Below, in pieces: positions 1 to 7,802 of a stretch of 20,000 nucleotides of DNA. Made by a program: the position numbers and the translations under genes. How positions within the stretch are numbered: the stretch's first letter is position 1; the number at the start of each line of letters is the position of its first letter. The notes under the pieces were generated by a model, which worked only from the letters and a program-made list of their open reading frames with translations, searched no databases and was not told the origin of the DNA. Origin of the DNA: an uncultured virus (IMG/VR IMGVR_UViG_3300032334_001399) (Duplodnaviria; Heunggongvirae; Uroviricota; Caudoviricetes); IMG/VR virus record IMGVR_UViG_3300032334_001399; one strand, given 5' to 3'.

Positions 1-2
1 CT

Positions 3-2939
3 TGGAACTTACCAAACTTAAATTTTAGTGCTAGAACATCAGCAATGACGTTTAATCATGGCGGATATGGTCCTACGGCTTACGGCGGCTGGGCTTGGGG
101 TTCTGGAGTTACTTCTACTGCAACCCCTACTGGATCAATTTCTTTTGCTTCAAGGGGAATTAAAACATTTACTAGCAATGGAGTTACAACAGGTTTTAAT
201 GTAACGGTAAATGCTGTAACAGGAACGCTACAGCTTGGTGATTCGCTAACGCTTGGCAGCACCAACACTTTAACTTTAATCAGCGGCACATTTGACGCTG
301 TGACGTACAACGTAACTGTAGGTAATTTTCTAGCAAACGGGTCTGCTTTCCCTTCTGTTTTAAGAATGGGGTCAGGTTCGTGGACTTTAACCGCTTCTGG
401 TTTGACTCCTTGGAATATTTCTGCATCAAACTTTACCTTTTACAAAGGAACGGCAAATATATTTATGCCGATAACCAATCAGTTTAGTGGCTTCGGTCTT
501 TCCTATAATAAACTAACACTAACTGGTTCGGCGGCTTCATCAACTTCATTTATCACTGGTAACAATCAATTTACTGAACTTGCATCAACGGTAACAATTG
601 CGCATACCATTTCTCTTGGTTCAACTACTCAAACACTTGGAGCATGGACTGTCACGGGAACAGCAGGCAACGTAGTTACTATTTCTGGCACGGCAACCAT
701 CACCATTGCTGGCGCACGGGTATCGGGCGTTGATTACCTTGCCCTTGGGACTACCACAATTAGCGCCACAAGCCTTGGTGAGTTTTATGCTGGGGCCAAC
801 TCCACTGGTGGTACTAACGCCATCCTGACCGCTGCTCCCACCGCTGTAACGCGGTACTGGCGTGGTGGAACTGGAACTTGGGACGCAACCACTACAACTA
901 ACTGGTCTGCCACTTCTGGGGGTTCTGGCGGGGCTTCTGTGCCTACGTCTGCTGATGCCGTAGTGTTTGACTCTGCATCTAACGCAACGGCTTATACGGT
1001 AACTTGTACTGCTACTCAACTGCGTTGCGCTGCTTTGACCATGGCTGGCCCAGCAACGGGTAACGTCACTTGGGCTGGATTGGCTCCATTAGCAGTACAT
1101 GGGAACATTAATTTAGACGTTGGCACAATTACTAGAACCTATACAGGTGCAATCACGTTGAGCGGCAGCTCACTAGGTAAAACAATTACAACTAACGGCT
1201 TGGTATTAGCATCAGCCATAATAGTAAACGGTGTCGGTTGCGGGTGGACGCTTGGCAGCGCATTAGACATTGGAGGAGCAACTTTTACAATAACAAACGG
1301 ATCTTTTAATGTTTTAGCGTCTAATCTTACTGCTTCTCAAATAAGTTCAGACAATGCAAATGCCAGAACTATAAATTTTGGATCAGGCACAATCACTCTT
1401 TCTGGTTCTAACGGTATTTTATTTGGCACCACTGAAACAACCCGTGCAAATCTAACGGTTACAGCAGGGACGTCTCAAATAAATTTATCAGGATCTTTGT
1501 CTAATATTTCTGGAAACAACCAAACATTTTATAATGTTTCATTTACTACAAACGGCACTGGAAGCATAACAATCAATGGTTCAAACACGTTTAATAATTT
1601 GTCATTTACCGGAATCGGCGCTACTGGATTTAAAAATACTATTACAAGCGGAAATCAAACTATTACCGGTACGTTGACTTTTTCAGCAGGTAATAACGCA
1701 ACTTGTCGAATGTCTTTTTTCTCTGACACTCTTGGCACAACCAGAACGTTAACCTGCGCGGCGTTTTCTGGAACAGACGTAGACTTCAGGGACATTACGA
1801 TTGCTGGTGCTGCTGCTCCTGTGTCTGGCACCCGTCTAGGTGATTGCAAGGGTAACAGCGGGATTACATTTCCTGCTGCTAAAACGGTTTATTGGCGCCC
1901 TAATGCAGGCAACAACTGGAGTTCAATTTCTTGGGGTTTGACTCCTACAGGAGCACAAACTGATGCGGCGTTCCCCCTTGCACAAGACACAGCGGTTATG
2001 CAAACTGCTAGCCCATCAAGCGGTAACACCGTAACCATTGATGCTAATTGGCACATTGGCACCATAGACATGAGTGCCCGTACCAGCAACACAATGACGC
2101 TGGCAACTGGATCAACTTCACCTACAATCTACGGCAACTGGATCAACGGAACAGGCACCACGCTATCTGGTACGGGAACATTGACGTTTGCGGGGCGTGG
2201 TAGTCAAACAATTACAAGTGCGGGTAAAACTTGGACCCAGTCCTTTACAATAAGTAATCCTGGTGGAACTATTACTCAACAAGATTCGCTAATTAACTCA
2301 TTTACCGGGACGGCGTTTATATTTTATGCTGGCACATACGATCTTGGGGGGTACAACGCTACGTTTGCCGGTCCATTTTCTGCGTCTGGCGCAATATCTA
2401 AGACTTTTGCAGTCAATACTGGAACTTTTAGTTCAAGTGCGGCGTCTTTTATCGACGGTTCAACAAGCAGTTCTTTTCAAATAACTGGGTCTGGAACAAT
2501 TTCTTTTACTTCCGCATCGGCCAAATCTTTTTTTGTGGGTCTTTTGTGCCCAAATATTACTCTCAATCAAGGCGGTTCCGGAATATTGTCTATTAGCGGA
2601 AACAACACGTTTTACGACATTACCAACACCTACAGCGCAACCGGGGCTACAACTATAGCACTTTCTAATACCACGCAAAGGCTTACTCAATTCACAGCTA
2701 GTGGCACAGCAGGTAAAATTCTTTCTATTACTGGGTCTAGCTCATCCTCGCCAGGGACTTTAATTATTACTGGTGCAACTAAACCAAATGTTGATTATGT
2801 AAGTATTTTAAATGTTCGCGCATATCCATTAACTGATACTTGGTTTGCAGGATCAAATTCTGTTAATAACGGTTCATTAGGTTGGACTTTTGCATCTGGT
2901 ACAGTAGGAAAAAGTAATTTTTTACTATTATTTAGTTAA
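3..2939 (+). CDS. Large Gly/Thr/Ser-rich repeat protein, probable beta-solenoid virion fibre/adhesin; 5'-truncated by the window edge
   Basis: The frame is open upstream of ATG 45 (3..44 reads WNLPNLNFSARTSA, matching the internal WHIGTIDMSARTSN), so the true start lies before the window. It has ~345-aa modules beginning TRYW (nt 849) and TVYW (nt 1884), a beta-strand-like T-x-T-x pattern and very few charged residues. It converges on the replication cluster, as the T5 tail gene cluster does. Confidence 0.65.
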   Translation, partial: WNLPNLNFSARTSAMTFNHGGYGPTAYGGWAWGSGVTSTATPTGSISFASRGIKTFTSNGVTTGFNVTVNAVTGTLQLGDSLTLGSTNTLTLISGTFDAVTYNVTVGNFLANGSAFPSVLRMGSGSWTLTASGLTPWNISASNFTFYKGTANIFMPITNQFSGFGLSYNKLTLTGSAASSTSFITGNNQFTELASTVTIAHTISLGSTTQTLGAWTVTGTAGNVVTISGTATITIAGARVSGVDYLALGTTTISATSLGEFYAGANSTGGTNAILTAAPTAVTRYWRGGTGTWDATTTTNWSATSGGSGGASVPTSADAVVFDSASNATAYTVTCTATQLRCAALTMAGPATGNVTWAGLAPLAVHGNINLDVGTITRTYTGAITLSGSSLGKTITTNGLVLASAIIVNGVGCGWTLGSALDIGGATFTITNGSFNVLASNLTASQISSDNANARTINFGSGTITLSGSNGILFGTTETTRANLTVTAGTSQINLSGSLSNISGNNQTFYNVSFTTNGTGSITINGSNTFNNLSFTGIGATGFKNTITSGNQTITGTLTFSAGNNATCRMSFFSDTLGTTRTLTCAAFSGTDVDFRDITIAGAAAPVSGTRLGDCKGNSGITFPAAKTVYWRPNAGNNWSSISWGLTPTGAQTDAAFPLAQDTAVMQTASPSSGNTVTIDANWHIGTIDMSARTSNTMTLATGSTSPTIYGNWINGTGTTLSGTGTLTFAGRGSQTITSAGKTWTQSFTISNPGGTITQQDSLINSFTGTAFIFYAGTYDLGGYNATFAGPFSASGAISKTFAVNTGTFSSSAASFIDGSTSSSFQITGSGTISFTSASAKSFFVGLLCPNITLNQGGSGILSISGNNTFYDITNTYSATGATTIALSNTTQRLTQFTASGTAGKILSITGSSSSSPGTLIITGATKPNVDYVSILNVRAYPLTDTWFAGSNSVNNGSLGWTFASGTVGKSNFLLLFS

Positions 2940-3026
2940 TTTATGTTAGTCTTATAACCAATATAGGAGCGCGCAATAACTATTTATATTGTAAATAAAT
3001 TTTGTACTTTTTTTAAAAAGGTTTTT

Positions 3027-3716
3027 ATGGCTAATAATTCCGGTAAACAGGTTCGTAAAGCACTACTTCTTGAACATAAAAATCCAATTGAAAATGGATT
3101 TAAAGAAGTAAAACCACTAAATGAAATTCAAAGTGTATATTTAGACGCTATTAAAAACAATGATATTGTATTTGGCATTGGCAGCGCAGGCACAGGTAAA
3201 ACTTATGTAGCTGCTAGTTATGCTGCTGGACTGCTATTTCACCGCAAAATCACAAAAATTATCTTAACTAGACCAAATGTAGAAACTGGTCGCGGATTAG
3301 GATTTTTACCAGGAAAATTAGACGATAAATACGCTCCTTATTTGCAACCATTTGATCAAGTATTTACTAGAACTCTAGGTGCTGGATTTTATCAATATGC
3401 CCTAAAAAACCATGATATAGACCCTAAACCTATAGGATTTATGCGAGGTATGAGTTTTGACTATGCCGTAATCCTAGTAGATGAAGCACAAAACTTAACT
3501 AAAACTGAACTTAAAATGTTGTTGTCACGAGTAGGTAAAAACTGCAAAGTCATCTTAAGTGGTGATCCTAAGCAGGTAGATATTCCAGACAGTGGATTAC
3601 AAGATGCCGTTGCTAGACTACAAAATATACCAGGTGTTCAAGTAATTAGATTTGAAGACGATGATATTGTACGTAGTCGTATGTGCAAACAAATTATTTT
3701 AGCCTATAACGACTAA
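3027..3716 (+). CDS. phoH: PhoH-family ATPase
   Basis: Walker A GSAGTGKT, IILTRP, LGFLPG, FMRGMSF, Walker B ILVDEAQN, LSRVG, GDPKQVD and DIVRS are all typical PhoH motifs. Confidence 0.96.
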   Translation: MANNSGKQVRKALLLEHKNPIENGFKEVKPLNEIQSVYLDAIKNNDIVFGIGSAGTGKTYVAASYAAGLLFHRKITKIILTRPNVETGRGLGFLPGKLDDKYAPYLQPFDQVFTRTLGAGFYQYALKNHDIDPKPIGFMRGMSFDYAVILVDEAQNLTKTELKMLLSRVGKNCKVILSGDPKQVDIPDSGLQDAVARLQNIPGVQVIRFEDDDIVRSRMCKQIILAYND

Positions 3717-3718
3717 AC

Positions 3719-3756
3719 AAAAAGCCCCTAAGCATTGCTGCTTAAGGGCTTTTTTT
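3719..3756. terminator. Bidirectional intrinsic terminator between convergent transcription units
   Basis: AAAA-AGCCCCTAAGCA-ttgc-TGCTTAAGGGCT-TTTTTT: 12-bp stem with one mismatch, flanked by an A tract and a T tract, between the phoH stop (3716) and the 66-aa ORF stop (3758). Confidence 0.9.
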
Positions 3757-3757
3757 A

Positions 3758-3958
3758 TTAACCTAGTTGTTCGTGAGCGCCTAAATTGTCTTCAATGGTA
3801 TGTTCAATTACTTTACCACCTTCTTCAGTCATTTGCGCTTGAGCTTGTTCTACAATCTTTTTACTAAGTGGATTGCAAATTTTAGCTGGCAATTCCTGTA
3901 AACCTTGTAGCACTAGGTTTGCTTCGTCTTCTGTTAATTCAAAATTAAAAGTTTTCAT
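3758..3958 (-). CDS. Small hypothetical phage protein (66 aa, acidic, helical)
   Basis: ATG is 8 nt after the nrdJ stop and the ORF fills the gap up to the terminator. Amphipathic pattern ELTEDEANLVLQGLQELP...LSKKIVEQAQAQ. Confidence 0.8.
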   Translation of the reverse strand: MKTFNFELTEDEANLVLQGLQELPAKICNPLSKKIVEQAQAQMTEEGGKVIEHTIEDNLGAHEQLG

Positions 3959-3966
3959 ATGTAATA

Positions 3967-5928
3967 TTATCTAATTGGGCAAGCACCCGTTGAACAATCT
4001 TCGCCAATAATTTCATCAAAACTATTAGCGTCGTCTAAAACGACTGGTTTAAGTTGAGCAATATAGTCTCGGTAGGTACGTTCGTCTACAACTTCTTGTG
4101 GCAGGTATAGGTACCCTAAGTCTTTAGCTGTTTTTGTAGGATCTGTACGATAAATAAAACTTACGCCTACATAACAATCCCAGTTATCCATTAGCCAATC
4201 AATAATGCTAGTAATCTCACCGGGATCATAACTAATAGTTACTGACGTATTTTGCTGATTCCAGCTGGTTTGTAGCAATTTATAGCGCTCTAGTTGTGTA
4301 ACTGCACTTTCTAGGTTGACTTCTTTGCCATCAACTTTATCAAATACTACACCATCCCAGCATACTGGAAAGGTCACTAACACACCACTATCATCAACTG
4401 GATGATTAATTACTAAATAGTTTGCATCACGTAATTTTTCTACAACCGGATCGTGCTTGGAAAACTGCACATTGTTGAAAATGTATTTACCTAGTGGTTT
4501 GTGTACACCTTCAGTAGTATCCATAATCTTGCTAACTGTACCACTAGGTTTAATACAAGTTACATTTTTAGGACTTGGTAACCCTAATTCTTGAGCCATT
4601 CCTACTGCAGCACTAGTAGCTGTACGTTTTAGGTATTCATAGTCATAACTACCCATATCTGGACGCATTGCAATACCAGTTAAACCTACGCCACATAAAC
4701 GCATAAAGTAGTTGTTTAGGTGCCAAGATTCTTGTAGGATACCGTCTTGTAAGTCAACACAAGTTTGACGATAATTAGCACGAGCAGCTAGTCTGATAGC
4801 AGCGTGTAAACCGGCATTATCACCCTTAAACTTAGCTAAGTCAGTTTCTGTTAAGTTACAAAAACTCTTGTTACCTAGCAAAATTTCTACACAAGGATTT
4901 GCGCCTTTAAACCAAGGTGCGCGACGCAGTGCCTCAACTTCATTAATAAAACCTGGCTCCGAACCGCCAGCTTCCTGCATTAGCTGAAAGATTTTTTCTA
5001 GATCTTCGCGCAGTGGTTTTTCTTTAAATACTAGTGAATTATTACTTTGCGTACGATGCTGATTGTTATGCAACCACCAATCTTTTTTAGCTACTGCAAA
5101 TTCTTCCCACTCAGGCTGACCATAGTCAAAAAGAGCGATTTCAGCACTTCTGCGACTACTAAGAATAGTCCCCAAATGATTAATGATGTCCAGAATATCC
5201 ATCCTAGTAAGTAGACTATCAGCACGACCATTAAGGATATTGGCAATAGCAGTATATGCAACGCTAATTGCAGTATCACCTGAAGAAATCCAACCATAAC
5301 CTTTTAACCTCTCACCTGCGGGACGTAATTGGCTAAAATCGAGAACCAAAGTATCAGCGGGATACTTACCAGCCATAAGTTTGCCAATACTTTTAGCCCA
5401 AGCTTCTGCACTGTCGCCAATTTGTAGTGTCCAAGTTTTAGTTTCACTATCCCAAATTTCCGTATTGTATTCTAAGCCACCCTTATCTTTACGCTGACTA
5501 CGAATTGTTTTGATATTTTTAATAGGTTTTGAAAATCCATTAAGTGTACCAACAATAGGTTTAAATCCTACTCCACAACCTTGTAGCAACAGCCATAGCA
5601 CATCAACTACATCGTACACAGTTTCTACATGAGTAAAACTACAGTTAAATTGACTAGCTTCACGAGTCTTAGCTACCTGAGTACCGCCTAACCATAGTGT
5701 TCTACCACTCATTAAAACTTTACGGTCAAGCATTAGCTGCTCTAAGTCATAAAGTTCTGCATATTCTTGATCGTTTAACTCACGACCAAGAGCACGCTCC
5801 CATAGCCATGCTTGATGGTCGATTACACGAGCAACTGTTTCTTGCCAAGTTTCAAATTGTTTTCCGTCGTCTGAAGTTGGCCTGTTATAAGTTCGACGTG
5901 TAATTACTTGTGCTCTTGTACTAACCAT
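3967..5928 (-). CDS. nrdJ: Class II adenosylcobalamin-dependent ribonucleotide reductase, monomeric RTPR type
   Basis: RTYNR..ETWQETVARV N-terminus, GRTLWLGG, QFNCSF (redox Cys), RRSAEIA, NPCVEI (thiyl-radical Cys), FCNLTE, KPSGTVS and the C-terminal redox pair CSTGACPIR. No nrdB-like partner is adjacent. Confidence 0.95.
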   Translation of the reverse strand: MVSTRAQVITRRTYNRPTSDDGKQFETWQETVARVIDHQAWLWERALGRELNDQEYAELYDLEQLMLDRKVLMSGRTLWLGGTQVAKTREASQFNCSFTHVETVYDVVDVLWLLLQGCGVGFKPIVGTLNGFSKPIKNIKTIRSQRKDKGGLEYNTEIWDSETKTWTLQIGDSAEAWAKSIGKLMAGKYPADTLVLDFSQLRPAGERLKGYGWISSGDTAISVAYTAIANILNGRADSLLTRMDILDIINHLGTILSSRRSAEIALFDYGQPEWEEFAVAKKDWWLHNNQHRTQSNNSLVFKEKPLREDLEKIFQLMQEAGGSEPGFINEVEALRRAPWFKGANPCVEILLGNKSFCNLTETDLAKFKGDNAGLHAAIRLAARANYRQTCVDLQDGILQESWHLNNYFMRLCGVGLTGIAMRPDMGSYDYEYLKRTATSAAVGMAQELGLPSPKNVTCIKPSGTVSKIMDTTEGVHKPLGKYIFNNVQFSKHDPVVEKLRDANYLVINHPVDDSGVLVTFPVCWDGVVFDKVDGKEVNLESAVTQLERYKLLQTSWNQQNTSVTISYDPGEITSIIDWLMDNWDCYVGVSFIYRTDPTKTAKDLGYLYLPQEVVDERTYRDYIAQLKPVVLDDANSFDEIIGEDCSTGACPIR

Positions 5929-5929
5929 A

Positions 5930-6778
5930 TCAATCCTTACAATAATCTTTTAAAATTTCATCTATTTGTTTGGTGTTTTCACCTAGTGCATCTTTGCAAA
6001 AGGTGACTAGGTCCATAAGTTGATAGTTGAGTAAAATTCTATCACCACTTTGGTTTAGGGTTTTAATGTACTTTAGTTTACTTTCAATAGGTAGTTCAGC
6101 CACTATATCTATTGCAGTGCCATATTCTTGAACTAATTGTTGTGCACGTTTAGGGCCAATACCCTCTACGCCTAGTACATTATCACCAGTATCGCCCATT
6201 AAACACTTTATTGAAATATAGTGTTCATGCGGAAAATCATAGTGTGTATGCCAGTTATTAGCAGTAACTTCCTTGCGAGTTACATAACTAAATCTACTAA
6301 TATTATCGTCAATAAGCAAATCCCAGTCTTTGTCGCTAGAAATCAACCAAATGTGACTAACAGCAGGTAAAAGGTTGTGAATACTAGTGATGTAAGCAGC
6401 AATATCGTCAGCCTCAGTTTGTTTAAATTGAATTACAGGATAATCAGTAGTTGTGCGAATATAGTCTAGGCTTGCTTGATAATCTTCAAAGAACATTTCA
6501 AACGCTGCCTTTTCAGCATCAGTTTGTTCAGCAAATTTATCTTTACGATTTTGCTTGTATTCAGGATAAATTTGTTTTCTGTAGCTGCTACTACCTTGAT
6601 CCGCTGCTACAACAACCCATTTGGCTTTATAACTTTTCTTTAGGCTTTCAATAGTGCGTAAGTAATCTTCAGCAAAATTTGTAGCGCCGCTGTGCTTCCA
6701 ACGAAAAGCTAAGTTAAGTGCATCTACAATTATTAAAGAGTTTTCGTGTTCTGTGACTTGTTTAAATGTTTTACTCAT
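5930..6778 (-). CDS. D15: Flap endonuclease / 5'-3' exonuclease (T5 D15-like)
   Basis: IVDALNLAFR, YRKQIYPEYKQNR, EADD, SSDKDW, and helix-3-turn-helix GDTGDNVLGVEGIGPKRA; T5 synteny. Confidence 0.95.
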   Translation of the reverse strand: MSKTFKQVTEHENSLIIVDALNLAFRWKHSGATNFAEDYLRTIESLKKSYKAKWVVVAADQGSSSYRKQIYPEYKQNRKDKFAEQTDAEKAAFEMFFEDYQASLDYIRTTTDYPVIQFKQTEADDIAAYITSIHNLLPAVSHIWLISSDKDWDLLIDDNISRFSYVTRKEVTANNWHTHYDFPHEHYISIKCLMGDTGDNVLGVEGIGPKRAQQLVQEYGTAIDIVAELPIESKLKYIKTLNQSGDRILLNYQLMDLVTFCKDALGENTKQIDEILKDYCKD

Positions 6779-6779
6779 A

Positions 6780-7076
6780 TTATCCTGCAGTTAGTAATCT
6801 TATAAAGCCAAATGCGTCAATGGAGACAAGCAGGAAGTAGTTAGCAAGCATACCCAATGAACGACGAGACCAAGCACACCAGGCATAAATAATACAACTA
6901 ACAATCCAAGCGGGATAAAGAGCCATAAGTGGAGGGTTTGGTACTGTTCCAGCCATCGTAATAGCACACCCAATACTAAGAGTCCAAGCAACCAGTTCAA
7001 TAACAAAGCGATAACGATTGGATTTGTAATCATTATATATCCAGTCTAAGGTTGGCTTTATTAAAATATTTTTCAT
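6780..7076 (-). CDS. Small 3-TM membrane protein (possible half-transporter of the SemiSWEET/PnuC-like type)
   Basis: Three hydrophobic segments (FVIELVAWTLSIGCAITMAG; LMALYPAWIVSCIIYAWCAW; LGMLANYFLLVSIDAFGFI). It has its own promoter and its stop is 1 nt from the D15 start. The fold assignment is an inference. Confidence 0.7.
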   Translation of the reverse strand: MKNILIKPTLDWIYNDYKSNRYRFVIELVAWTLSIGCAITMAGTVPNPPLMALYPAWIVSCIIYAWCAWSRRSLGMLANYFLLVSIDAFGFIRLLTAG

Positions 7077-7081
7077 TTAAT

Positions 7082-7110
7082 ATTATACTAAAATTTAAGG
7101 TACAAGTCAA
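7082..7110 (-). promoter_or_regulatory. sigma70-type promoter TTGACT-N17-TATAAT, probably producing a leaderless mRNA
   Basis: -35 at 7110..7105 (overlaps the D14 stop), -10 at 7087..7082, and only 5 nt between the -10 box and the ATG at 7076. Confidence 0.85.
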
Positions 7111-7565
7111 GTTACAAATTCTGGTCGCTCATAAGTTAACCAGTCCTCAAGTAGCGAAACATAAAAACTATATGGTTCTCTAGATATGTAAAAGTGATTG
7201 TAAGTTTCTGGTATACAATAATCACTACTAAATGCTACAAATACTTTACTACGATCGTGTTTAAAGATTAGTAGTGGTAGTTTATTTACTTGTTTTGCTT
7301 GACGTAAAGTTTGTTGCCAAAATTCTAGTAATTGTGGTGATTTAGATGTTAATACAGCGCTAGTTAAATGATCATCTGCGTATCCTTTAGCTTCAACACA
7401 AAATATGTTGTTGCAATTAGGAATATAAAGATCACCTTTTAATCCATGTTTTTCATCTAATGCACCTGAACCAGGAACCCTCTCCCATGCCAATCTGGTA
7501 TGTTTACGAAGAAGATCCCTGATAACTAACTCAGTTCTAGCGCCTTTAGCCCTAGAATCAACCAT
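7107..7565 (-). CDS. D14: PD-(D/E)XK nuclease, Hjc-like Holliday junction resolvase (T5 D14-like)
   Basis: MVDSRAKGARTE, ERVPGSGAL, KGDLYIP, VEAKGY, WQQTLRQA, PLLIFKHDRS; T5 synteny. Confidence 0.88.
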   Translation of the reverse strand: MVDSRAKGARTELVIRDLLRKHTRLAWERVPGSGALDEKHGLKGDLYIPNCNNIFCVEAKGYADDHLTSAVLTSKSPQLLEFWQQTLRQAKQVNKLPLLIFKHDRSKVFVAFSSDYCIPETYNHFYISREPYSFYVSLLEDWLTYERPEFVT

Positions 7566-7801
7566 TATTCAGTAACTGGCGATTCTACTGCTGGTGCTGG
7601 TCCTTGTACTGTTAAACAGCTAGGATCACCTAAAGTGACCATAGAACCACTATCATCAAGATAAGTTACTGCGCCGCAAGTAACTGTTAGTGTACTTAAT
7701 TCTTCTGGATAAATATCATCAAAGTGAAACACTTGACGAGTAAATCCATTAGTATTACTAACTGTTGCAATACATTCTTTACTAGTATAAATTTTAATCA
7801 T
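7565..7801 (-). CDS. Hypothetical protein (78 aa; start revised to MIKIYTSK)
   Basis: ATG at 7801 is 1 nt after the D13 stop and the stop overlaps the D14 start (TAATG). It fills the D13-D14 gap exactly. Confidence 0.75.
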   Translation of the reverse strand: MIKIYTSKECIATVSNTNGFTRQVFHFDDIYPEELSTLTVTCGAVTYLDDSGSMVTLGDPSCLTVQGPAPAVESPVTE

Positions 7802-7802
7802 T

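Noticed and set aside
80..2690. Minus-strand ORFs 80-310, 621-1019, 1655-1849, 1889-2092 and 2460-2690
   Set aside because: Antisense shadows of the long repeat gene, with no recognisable motifs or expression signals.
2940..3026. Possible Pho box, promoter or small RNA upstream of phoH
   Set aside because: No CTGTCAT-type direct repeats, no correctly spaced -35/-10 pair and no stable hairpin; only A/T runs.
6800..7033. Overlapping hydrophobic 77-aa ORF in another frame of the membrane-protein gene
   Set aside because: Leu-rich frame shadow of T-rich TM codons. The 98-aa frame has the promoter-proximal ATG and couples to D15. There is no lipobox to suggest a nested spanin.
5929..7110. Cobalamin riboswitch upstream of nrdJ
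   Set aside because: There is no non-coding space: the gaps are 1 nt and the promoter abuts the first ATG.
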